A stretch of 64,000 bases of DNA from Oopsacas minuta (taxonomy: Eukaryota > Animalia > Porifera), in NCBI GenBank assembly GCA_024704765.1, contig JAKMXF010000266.1, forward strand, positions 248,001 through 312,000, given 5' to 3'. Position 1 is the stretch's first letter. Every line of letters starts with the position of its first letter. Shown in pieces: positions 31,883-42,873 of this stretch. The notes beneath the pieces were generated by a model. The model saw only the letters and a list, made by a program, of their open reading frames with translations, was not told where the DNA came from and ran no database searches. A program made the position numbers and the translations under genes.

Positions 31883-33292
31883 ATGGCGTCAAAACTAGAC
31901 TATTTAAAGAAATATCTAAGTAAGAGTGATGAGAAACAACTCCATTCGCAGATTGAGAAGGGAGAAAAGATAAAAATAAAAAAATCTACTAATTTTAAAA
32001 GACGTAAAAAAGTGTCTCAAACAGGAATTATAATCCTCAATCCTGAGAAAGAAGCAACTCAAGTTAGAGATTCTCAATCAAGTGAATCCTCTGACAGTGA
32101 TGGACCTACTGTAGTAGAGTCTAAAGTTCATAGCCGTGAGGCAATGAAGAGACTATGGAATCCTATTAATACAGATACAGTGACGTTATCGAGTGTTAGG
32201 ACTCGATATGATTCAGATGAAGGGTTACCTCCTTCCAGACAGAGACATGATTCAGATAGTGACATAGAAGTTACACGTGATAAATCTAAAAGCTCTGTCA
32301 TTAACTCAGAAAGTTCTCAAAAGAATCAAATAGACTCAGATAGTGATATAGAAGTTACAAGAAAATCTACAGAGACTAGACAACACAAACAAGAGAGTAA
32401 GAGAGATAGGAAGAGTAGATGGAGTAGAGATGAGAAAATGACGTCAGATAACTTATCATGTGCTGTGTTGTTACAAGCTAATGATACAAGTTAGTTAAAA
32501 TACGAAAATAATTACCTTCCCATCGGAAATATTCGATTCCTGAAATTCCACTTTCTTTGTACCAACGAATTTTTTATTTTAAAACCGAATATTTTCAAAA
32601 ATTCTGACCTCGCTATATGTTAATCCTAGCCTAAAACTTTGGTGGGGGGGGTATGCACAGGTATATAGAGAATTGTCAGAGCTATCCAATGAACCTATTT
32701 TTGAAGCTCCAGCTCTCAATTGACCGATTTAATTTTCTTTAGATCAGACAGTATATAGAGATAAACACGGCCACAAGATTGACTTACAGAAAGAGCTAGA
32801 ATTGAAAGCAGGACTGGATAAAGCGAAATTAGAAAGAGATGCTGAATTCAAATTAATGAAGTCTGGGATTGTTCAAGCTAAACTAAAGCAAGAAAAAGTT
32901 GAAGACTTTAAGAAAGAATCGAAGAAAGGCTTAAACCGATATAAAGGTGATGAATCTATGAATGAACTTCTCAAAGCGAAACAACTAATTGATGATCCAT
33001 TGTTAAAGATGAAAAGGAAAAAAGTTAAAAGTGAGTTATTCCATATAATTCGCGTATCACATTTTTGCCCCAAATTTCATCACATTTAATCAATCTAGAA
33101 AATCGACCTAAAAAGAGATGTAAGCCTACATACCAAGAACACTTCCCTAGCAACCGTTTCAATATAAGACCTGGATACAGATGGGATGGAGTAGATAGAT
33201 CTAACGGATATGAGAAGGAGAGATTCAGAATTATTAATGATAGAAAAGCTGATAATGACGATTATTATAAACTCGGAAATGAAGATCTGTAA
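31883..33292 (+). CDS. BUD13: BUD13 homolog (RES splicing complex); exons 31883-32489, 32743-33030, 33099-33292
   Basis: N-terminal [20 protein letters not shown] repeats, TVYRDK, IDDPLL, C-terminal [21 protein letters not shown]; phase-1 junctions match. Confidence 0.9.
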
Positions 33293-33468
33293 CAGTTATA
33301 CAATATTTTGATTAAATAATTATACGGTAGACTTTGAAGAGGTTGGTGAGTATGCGATTTACACGAACACTAGCCAGTCAAATGCTTACGAATATCCATG
33401 GTGTATTATAATGTAATTAATAACTAGCGTATTTAATAGTTTTTAATATTTGTTGCTAGCCTTAATAA

Positions 33469-34260
33469 ATGGATGATCCTCGAGAAAATCATTTTTTCCA
33501 GATTAGACTAGCGGAACAGGCAGAGCGATATGAAGAGATGGTACAGATGTTCAAACAGCTGATTTTAAAGGATCCAAAGAAGCTCACCGTAGATCAGAGA
33601 AATTTACTCTCAGTTGCTTACAAAAATGTAATTGGAGTACGCCGCGCTGCTTGGAGAATTCTCTGCTCCTTAGAAGCTAGAGAAATGGACAAGATGAAAA
33701 GGGAAGCGTCGAATGAGTTAGAAGTTATCGCTGAGTACAAGATCAGTATTGAGAAGGAGCTAGACGGGATTTGTCTGGAAATACTCACTCTTCTAGATGA
33801 ATCTATAATACCTAATGACGCAGAGAGTGAAGCTAGAGTTTTCTACTACAAAATGAAAGGCGATTACTTACGCTACAAAGCTGAATACAAAAATGGAGCT
33901 GAGAAGCAAGCAATAGCAGAAGAAGCATTGACTTCTTATACATCAGCAAACGAATTGTCAGTTGATTTAGTTTCAACTAACCCAATTAAATTGGGACTAG
34001 CTCTAAACTTCTCAGTATTCTACTATGAGATTATGAATGAACCAAAAGATGCATGTAAACTTGCTAATAAAGCGTTTAACGATGCTATTTCAGATCTTAA
34101 TTCTCTCTCCGAGAATGAATATAAAGACGCAGCTCTTATAATGCAGCTTTTGAGAGATAACCTGACCTTATGGACAGCTGATCAGCCTCAAGACGAGCCA
34201 GTCGAGCCTGTAGGGCCACAAGATGATGATGATGATGATGATGAGCCTAAACCTGAGTAA
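33469..34260 (+). CDS. 14-3-3 protein, intronless, with acidic poly-Asp tail
   Basis: AEQAERYEEM, RNLLSVAYKNVIG.RR.AWR, KMKGDY.RY, PIKLGLALNFSVFYYEI, IMQLLRDNLTLW. Confidence 0.98.
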   Translation: MDDPRENHFFQIRLAEQAERYEEMVQMFKQLILKDPKKLTVDQRNLLSVAYKNVIGVRRAAWRILCSLEAREMDKMKREASNELEVIAEYKISIEKELDGICLEILTLLDESIIPNDAESEARVFYYKMKGDYLRYKAEYKNGAEKQAIAEEALTSYTSANELSVDLVSTNPIKLGLALNFSVFYYEIMNEPKDACKLANKAFNDAISDLNSLSENEYKDAALIMQLLRDNLTLWTADQPQDEPVEPVGPQDDDDDDDEPKPE

Positions 34261-34718
34261 CATATTTATGCATTACCCTTGTGTACTAACTAATCTTACC
34301 TTATATTGTCAATCTCACTTATAAGCAGTATCCTATTCGTTATACCTAATACACTACAATTAATTCTGAAATATTCTGTAATACTGTTACATAGTGTATG
34401 TCTAATATATTACAGTAAACTTAACATTAATATGAACTTCATATCATAAGCAGAGAATGTTCTATGTAAATTCATTCAATTCGGTATTTACCAAGTTCTA
34501 CACTCTCAGTACCAAATTTCGCTCGAATATATTCAGTTAATTTCGAAAAATTAAGAGCCAAATCCGAATTTCCCTCATTTTACTGCGATAAAAAACTTCC
34601 ATTTTTCATGAATTTGAGATTTGGCAGTATTTCTTGTTATTTTGGGTACAACTCTCAATACAAATACTGGAATTCTTGTTCCAAATTTAATTATTTACAA
34701 ATACATAAGTTCACATAG

Positions 34719-37700
34719 ATGCTGTTGAAACCATTCAGATACACCTGCAGACATTTATGCAGATTATCATCTACACTAACAGCAGGAGAACGTATACACG
34801 GATATACAGTTAATAAAGTTGTAGACTGTCCTGAATTGAGTTTTATCGCTACAGAATTAACCCATGTAAATACAGGAGCACGTCACTTACACATAAACCG
34901 ATCTGACAGTAACAATACGTTTGCTGTATCGTTCCGTACAACACCCATGGATAGTACAGGAGTACCGCATATCCTGGAGCATACTACGTTATGTGGTTCA
35001 GAGAGATTTCCCTGTAGAGACCCATTCTTTAAAATGCTGAATAGATCCTTGGCTACTTTCATGAATGCTTATACTTCTAGTGACAGTACAATTTACCCAT
35101 TCAGTACTCAGAATAAGAAAGATTTCAATAATCTTATGGGTGTATATATGGACTCTGTGTTCTTCCCTTTATTGAGAGAAAACGATTTTAAACAGGAAGG
35201 ATGGAGACTGGAGTATGAAAATAACCGCGATAAAGACTCAAGGATTATATTCAAGGGTGTAGTTTTTAACGAAATGAAAGGTATATTTTCTAACTGTTTA
35301 ATAACGAATAAATACGAATGCTTAACAAAACCAATATTCAATTCATTTACATTTACACAGAGAATATAAATACTATTTAGCAGTAATTTCACTGAATTTA
35401 GTATAGGGAGGTTCGATGTCAATCACTTGATCTTGTTCCATAATAGATTCAACAGCTGGTGGTGCAGGTGGTAGAGTCAGTCTGAAGCTTTTATCAATCA
35501 CCTCGTAGAAAACAGGGCTCTTGAATATAGGGATATAGCATGTTATCCTATCTTCACTACGTAGTGTAGTATGGTGTAGAGATTCGTATATATGATTGCT
35601 TTGCATTGTACCCTCATTTTGGTATTGATTATCCTTTGCATGAGTATTGACATATATACTAGTCTCTTTCTTGCGTTTTATCTGTAAAAGTTTCTTCTTT
35701 TCAGAGTATAGTCTTAATGCTACCCCCGTTACAATACATATTGTTATGTAGGATAGGAATAATAGAATTGATAGTAGAGATATAACGATTAATTGCGAGT
35801 CCAATTGTAGCTTAATAGCGCTGTCTAACGTCTCATTATAACAATGCACAGCCCTTATACATAGCGTTATGAGTGAAATAATAATGTTGTACTGTCGATA
35901 CATTATTCGTTGTTAAAGTTTATCAAAAACACTCTTATATATTTGGAAGATTCGTATTATCTCATTCTATGTTTTTACCTAAGATATCTGCTCATAGTCC
36001 TGACATGACTGATGTGTATGATTGATATATTTTCCAAGAAAACTAGATCAGAATACATTACAGTGCTGTTTATACGCTGTAATACCGTATTAGCCACATA
36101 TGCGTTATTAATATAGAATTTAATATGACCTACGTTGACAATTATTTGGATTATGTAATAGTTATTATCTTAGTTGGTATACCAATTCGTTATTGTTGTT
36201 GTTTTGATAATTGTTGATCTAACAAAATTCCATTAATTTGCTGTATACATTTTACTTCTCCCTTTGGAAACATTTCTGTTTTGCTGTTTTAAATAGAGAG
36301 TACAAGTAAAATTTTTCATATATCAAGCGTATTTTCGAAAATCTGGCTAGGATTTAGAAACGCCGAATTGACTCAGTTTGCTTGATTTCATAGCAATTTT
36401 ATCAATTTGGCTGTAGCTGGTTTAAAATTCCCGATTTATGCTGTAATAGAACTTAATTCCCTCTTAGGCGTTATGGCTGGTAGAGATGAACTGTTCATGG
36501 TAGCACAACAGAGATTCCTTCTACCTGATCACACATATGGTCATAACAGTGGAGGAGATCCTCTTGTAATACCTCAGTTAACTTGGGAATTTCTTAAACA
36601 GTTTCATGCTACTCACTACCATCCAAGTAATTCTGTATTCTATACTTATGGAGATATTCCTATTGAAGAACATTTGGAGAGAATAAATGGAGAAGTTTTG
36701 AGTAAATTCAATAAGATTGAGGTTAAAACTGAAATACCTTTGCAAGATAGGTAAATCTTAGATACCAATAGAATGTAGCCATTCCTTCACTTTCCCCTAC
36801 GATAATTTCTCGCAGTTTCATTGTTAAATTCGTGGATTTCAAGTTTTACAGCCATAAATAGCAATTTGATGAATTTATTTGGGAAAAAAATGTTCAGATA
36901 GATAGCCAGAATACTTATTCAGCATTTTTATAAGAAAATTGACTTTATGTTTTATTGTAATTCATAGATGGAGCAATGCGAGAAGAGAACTAATAAACTC
37001 TCCAACTGATCCGATGTCACCAGACCCCAATAAACAACATGTAGTAGCTGAAAACTATCTACTTGGTCCGAGTAGTGATGTACTAAACCAGCGTCTAATG
37101 GTGGTGCTATCTCATCTCCTCACGGCGGGGCCTAACTCTCCCTTCTTCAAATCTCTAATTGAGACTAACACAGGGTTAAGCTATTCACCAGGTTCTGGGC
37201 TAAATGCTAATGGCAAGCAAGCTGTATTCTCAATAGGATTGAAGGGAGTTAAGAATGAAGATGTTGAGGATGTTATTACTACCATACAGGATACGTTTGA
37301 AAAGGTAATGATTATGCAAAGTCTTAAATTGTATAAATATGGTCACAAACCTTCAAGCAACATATATTTGTTGTATTGAACTCTGCGTATATCGAAGCAA
37401 TAATCGCGGTCCCTTGAGCTTCGGTATAATGGGAGTTGACTCTAGAACTTTTAATAGAGTTTGAAAGATGGATTTGAAGAAGAGAGAATAGAAGGAATTG
37501 TCCATCAGATGGAATTATCAATAAAGAGAGATACTGAGAACTTTGGACTTGGATTATTACACTCTCTTATGCCTACATTCATGCATGGAGCTGATCTTAG
37601 GGAAATATGTGATTTCCAAAAACACATTGACTACATTAAATCATATGACGGATGGGGGTCTCTGTTGAAAGAGAATTTCTTAGACAATTCTCACAGACTA

Positions 37701-39874
37701 ACTCTTGTAATGCAGCCTAGTGATACCTATCAGAAGGATATACAGCTAGAAGAGGATAAGCTATTGAATGAGAGAGTCAGTATACTCAGTCAGGAGGAAA
37801 AGGAGAAGCTATATGAGTAGGTTATATCCGTATTAAGTAGTCTGCTTATAGGTAACTTCAGTCCATTGTGAACTGATTTAATGTAATTAAGGTATTAGCC
37901 GATTATACGGAGCGATTATCACTATTTATATGGTTCTGTTTTTGGACAAGACTTTTATCTGTTTTGAATTGTATATACAGTCAACTCCAGTTATATCGGT
38001 AATTATGCGTTCCCTTGAGCTTCGATATAACGGTAGTTGTTTGTATATTCAGGTCAGGAATCAAACTTGAGGAAGAGCAGAATAAAGAACAAGATATTTC
38101 GTATCTCCCCTGTTTAAAGGTGTCTGATATTTCAAGAGAACAGCCTTTCACTCATCTAAACCATATCACCATAGACGGTACACCTGTACAATTCTGTCCC
38201 CAGCCTACAAACGGTATAACGTATCTATCATTCCTAGCAGATGAGGATTTATACCCTGACGGTTTATACCAGTACCTCCCCTTGTTGTGTGTAGTCTTAA
38301 CCAAGATAGGAGCTGGTAACATGGACCATAGACAGAGAGCTAATGAAATAGAAAAATACATTTCCGGTCTATCATTATGTCCTATTGTTGTACCTCATCA
38401 TACTGACCCGAACACTTACGACTTTTCTACTTTATTCTCTTCTCAATGTCTGGAGAATAATCTACATCAAACTTTATCTCTGTGGCAGGATATATTCTTA
38501 TCTCCTGATTTCAGTAACCAAGAATTAATCAGATCTGTTCTGTCAGGTACAGTAGAACTCGGATAAGATACGTCTTATCCAATTTCTACTGAAATAAAAT
38601 CGTAGATTGCTACTTTATTTATTCACAGAAGCATTATCTGGTGGTGTAGGCGTCATCGGACAAAACGGTCATCTGGTAGCTATGTCAACAGCTAGATCAT
38701 CTCTTACCCCTGCCTCCAGACTGTCCGAGGAGCTGAGCGGTCTCTCCCAGTTAACATTCCTAATAAAACTCGCTAAACAGTCAGATTTACAAGAAACAAT
38801 ATCTATGCTACAAATGCTAGCTGCTAAGACCCTACATACAGTTAATTTCAAGGCAGCTTGTAATTTGAGAGAAGAGAGAGTTGATGACACGATAGAGGCT
38901 CTTACAGCATTCTTTAGTTCAATACCTGGTGATCGTACTAAAAGTGATAAAGAATTCGAGACAGAATCATTTATGACTCAGAAGAAACGAATTTATATCA
39001 AATTCCCATTTCAAGTCCATTATAATGCAAGAGCTATTCCTACTGTTCCTTATTCTAATCCTGATAATCCTATTCTAGTGCTGCTAGCTAGACTCATGAC
39101 TAATAAGGTAAATACAATTGTATAAAATGTGTAGAGAATTTGAGAATACAGTCAACTCACTTTACATTGAAGCTCGAGGGACCGCGATAATTACTTCGAT
39201 GTAACGGGAATTGATTGTATTCCTTTGAAAGCAAGACAATTATACTACTTATCAAATATTAACGATTTCAACTTTACAGTCTACATGTTGCCTAAAGATT
39301 CAAAATGAAAATCATACGGCAAACGATTTGCCAGCATTTGTCCACTTAACCAAATAAATGCATTTTGCATATTTCTAATTCAAGTTACTGCATTTCACAG
39401 TATAGATAATTGTGTTTGATCTAAATTGTTTAGGTACTACACCCAGAGATCCGTGAGAAAGGAGGTGCTTATGGTGGAGGAGCTACACAAACAGAAGGAA
39501 TCTTCCATTTCTTCTCTTACAGAGATCCGAACTTTACTGAAACACTTAAAGTATATGACAGAGCTATTGACTGGGTCATAGATGGTAATTTCACTGATCA
39601 AGACATAGCCGAAGCGAAACTAGCTATCTTCCAACAAATAGATGCACCTATATCTACTGGTAGGAAAGGATTATCATTTTTCAACTCAGGAATTACTCAT
39701 GAAATGAAACAAGTTAGAAGAGAGAGGTTCTTAGATACGACAAGAGAGCAATTGATACATGTTTGTAGGAAATATTTAAGCGGAGATATTGTGGATTCTA
39801 TTGCAGTGTTGGGACCTGAAAATACTGAAATTCCCAAAGGAGAAGATTGGGTTGTAACATCGCAAGAATTTTAG
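34719..39874 (+). CDS. PITRM1: Mitochondrial presequence protease (M16C); exons 34719-35280, 36468-36750, 36968-37304, 37458-37816, 38053-38546, 38629-39107, 39434-39874
   Basis: HILEH zinc motif, [47 protein letters not shown]; all junctions GT-AG and phase-compatible. Last exon is absent from the ORF track. Confidence 0.95.
35373..35903 (-). CDS. Small single-pass Tyr-tailed membrane protein nested antisense in PITRM1 intron 1 (35281-36467)
   Basis: 176-aa ATG ORF: signal peptide, about 16-aa ectodomain, TM, basic stop-transfer, IYVNT, IYESL, CYIPI, FYEVI, PYTKF. Confidence 0.7.
   Translation of the reverse strand: MYRQYNIIISLITLCIRAVHCYNETLDSAIKLQLDSQLIVISLLSILLFLSYITICIVTGVALRLYSEKKKLLQIKRKKETSIYVNTHAKDNQYQNEGTMQSNHIYESLHHTTLRSEDRITCYIPIFKSPVFYEVIDKSFRLTLPPAPPAVESIMEQDQVIDIEPPYTKFSEITAK
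37374..37444. mobile_element. MITE family A, degenerate copy in PITRM1 intron 3
   Basis: TATATCGAAG..TAATCGCGGTCCCTTGAGCTTCGGTATAATGGGAGTTGACTCTA. Confidence 0.7.
37976..38045. mobile_element. MITE family A copy in PITRM1 intron 4
   Basis: TACAGTCAACTCCAGTTATATCG ... CTTCGATATAACGGTAGTTGTTTGTA. Confidence 0.75.
38548..38592. mobile_element. Mini hairpin with CAGTAGAAC-type ends at the donor of PITRM1 intron 5
   Basis: TACAGTAGAACTCGGATAAG-ATACGT-CTTATCCAATTTCTACTGA. Confidence 0.55.
39147..39219. mobile_element. MITE family A copy in PITRM1 intron 6
   Basis: TACAGTCAACTC..GAAGCTCGAGGGACCGCGATAATTACTTCGATGTAACGGGAATTGATTGTA. Confidence 0.75.
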
Positions 39875-40512
39875 AAATAATTTCTGTATGAATAATTATT
39901 ATTTGGTCATGAATCAATTAGAAATACAATATCTGCTACCTGTTTCCAATTCTATAGCACTTTTGGATATATGTTTGCTCAAAAAATCGGATTAAACTTT
40001 TTTGACAGAGCAACAATTATTGTCTCGAAAGTGTTATTTTATACTAATTATGTAACGAGCCACTTGACTTGATCAGTCCACGACAACATATGAAATAATT
40101 GCAAACTCTAGACAGACAAGCAAACTAATTAAATTCTAACAGAATAGGCTAATAATTACCAGTTAATTAAACCCAATCTGAGTTATATTATATCATTTGA
40201 CATAACTATAGTTGATACAGAGCTTTTCAATTAATTATTAGTCACAGTGTGCTTTCTAGCTATTTCCTAAGGATAATCTTTCCAGCTGATACAATAGTGC
40301 AATGTACCCAAATCTAATTTCACCTTACGCAATCAAACTATAATCAAAGAATGCTTAATGAGTTTACTGATATATCTATTACAGAGCTGAACAGGTGTTT
40401 GAGTCATTATCCTATTTATAAATCGACTTTTTGTATGAAGGAAGTGCTTGCAAATAGCGGCAAATTAGTATATATTGAGTTGTGTAGAAAATATTTAGTA
40501 TTATTTGGAGAA

Positions 40513-42271
40513 ATGGGATTGATATTTGTATTTCTTATTGTTGCAAGTGAACTACGTAGTGTATATGCAAATTCTACAGTAACTATCAGCCAATACATTG
40601 CCTTAATTGCGAAATTTAAAGCTACGATAATTTCAGGTTTTGCACTAACTTTGTTGCTTGCTATCTTATTGATCGCGTTTGTTGCTATCCTGTTTGTTGT
40701 TGTTCTTAGACGAAGGAGGATTCACAAGAAAATGATTACTCAAGTCGAGGATTCACGACCATCACCACCCGAATCATGCATGCTATACAATGTTAGGTCA
40801 TGTCTTTTACCGAATAACTACCCACAATGTAGCATTACAGAGCTTGCAGTTCTGAGCGCAGTTCCTACCTCAGAACTAAATCAATCCAGTAAATCATCTC
40901 TAGCTATTTATGAGTCGCTAAATTTCTCTCGAGATTTCATTGTCCCAACTTTCGAGCAAAGAACTTTTCGTAGTATTTCTGATGAGAATGAGACAGAGCA
41001 CATATACGTAGAGGTTAATGTAGATGAAGATACACCGTGTTTCATGTACGATGATTCTAGAGCTGTATCGCCGCCAGTAGAAACTATTAAAGAGATATTT
41101 TCGTTAATGTCCGTCAGGAGGTATAGGGAAATTAGTAGAATTGATTTAGTCGAGTATACAGAGCTAGGGAGAGGTAATTTCGCCGTTGTGCATAATGGGA
41201 TCTGGAAATCAATGAAAGGTGATATCCCAGTTGCAATAAAAAGTCTCAAAATGGAGGATGAAGAATCTTGTCTTAGTTTCTTACAAGAAGCATCTATTCT
41301 AGGTCAATTCAATCATCCTAATGTTCTCAAGCTATTCGGCGTAGTTACACGGAATAATCCGTTAAAAATGGTGACAGAACTGATGAGTAGCGGTTTGTTG
41401 GAATTTTTGAAGAACATTTTGAAGAATAATATCATAACATTCGATAGATTTAGTCCATATTTCCTGCGTTTCACACTGGATATTGCTAACGGCATGGAAT
41501 ATCTGGCTAGGAAACGGTATGTACATAGAGATCTGTCTGCGAGGAATATTCTCCTCACTCAGGAATTAAATTGTAAGATTGGTGACTTTGGATTAGCAAG
41601 AATGGTTGCTAATGATAACCAATATGAGCGAAATGTTGAAGAGTACATTCCCTTTAAATGGACTCCTCCAGAAGCTATTTTTTATAAGAAATATTCTGAG
41701 AAGAGTGATGTTTGGAGCTTTGGTGTTACCCTCTTTGAAATTTGGTCAGTAGGACAAGCACCTTGGCCTCATCATAACATCCAACAAGTGAGTTTGCATT
41801 ACGAATCATTTTATAGTCAACTCCCTGTATTACGAACACAGATATATGAAATACCCGGTTATATCGAACTCAGCTTATAGGCTAGTAATCGCGGCCTCTT
41901 GAGCTTCGATATAACGGGGGAGTTGACTGTACATCATTATTATATTACTATTGTTATTATTATTATAAGTTGGGAAAATTTACATGTATTTTGTATTACA
42001 GGTTATAGGAAAGATATCTGAGGGTGTGTTACTATACCCTCCCTCTGGTTGTCCCAGAGGGGTCTACCAGCTGATGACTAAGTGCTGGCATCCAGATAAA
42101 GAATTTAGACCTTGTTTCGCTGAAATAGCTTCGATCCTCCACACAAAAGGAAAGACTCTTCTTGAACGTGGAAAAACCCCTGAAGAAATGGTAGACTTAG
42201 GTCTGGTGCCTTCTGCTTCAAAAAAATTATTTATAGACCTACAAACTGCTTACCTTAATTCTACATCATAG
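40513..42271 (+). CDS. Receptor tyrosine kinase with almost no ectodomain; exons 40513-41787, 42002-42271
   Basis: ATG 40513 opens a signal peptide, about 20 aa, then a TM; GRGNFA, VAIK, HRDLSARN, DFG, FKWTPPE, SDVWSFG. Confidence 0.85.
41812..41931. mobile_element. MITE family A copy in the RTK intron
   Basis: TATAGTCAACTCCC ... GAGCTTCGATATAACGGGGGAGTTGACTGTA. Confidence 0.75.
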
Positions 42272-42873
42272 TTAATTATTGAGAAACTGTGTATGTACAA
42301 ATATTCATATGTATGTGATTGTAACTTTGCTGACACAATCATTTCTATGCTTGTTGCCACAAAATTTCAACTCAATTCGAATAATTCCAGCTTAAAGTTT
42401 ATTTTTGTACAAAAGTCCAATAATAAATCATTTACAGTTGCTTGTTAGAAAATTTGTGTGTTGGCTTACTAGAAATATGATTTAACCTTTGGGCAACTAT
42501 GCTTCATATTGTTTTCTATGACAGAACTTTTCTTGATTGATTATGTGGAGAATATTAATTTTTGATTACAATTTTAATGATAATCAAACCGGACACAGAT
42601 AACTAATCCAATAATTACATAACACTTACAATCAAGCTTTCAATTATTTCGATAACAAAACTAAGCATACACGATTGAACACAAGCGGAAAGCTATATCA
42701 AGAAGAGTTTTGTAATGAATGTTGATTTACTCAGAATTTATTGACCTCTGAATCATCTACGTGGGATAACGTTCCATTAAACTACTGGAGCTATCGTTCC
42801 TTCATCATTAACAAAGTATAAATACTGAATTCGTAGCCACAATAATATCAATACTAATTACAATTATTGCAAT

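Noticed and set aside
33469-34260. 14-3-3 as a functional member of the receptor cluster
   Set aside because: Ordinary conserved housekeeping gene within the BUD13/PITRM1 spacer; adjacency alone gives no support.
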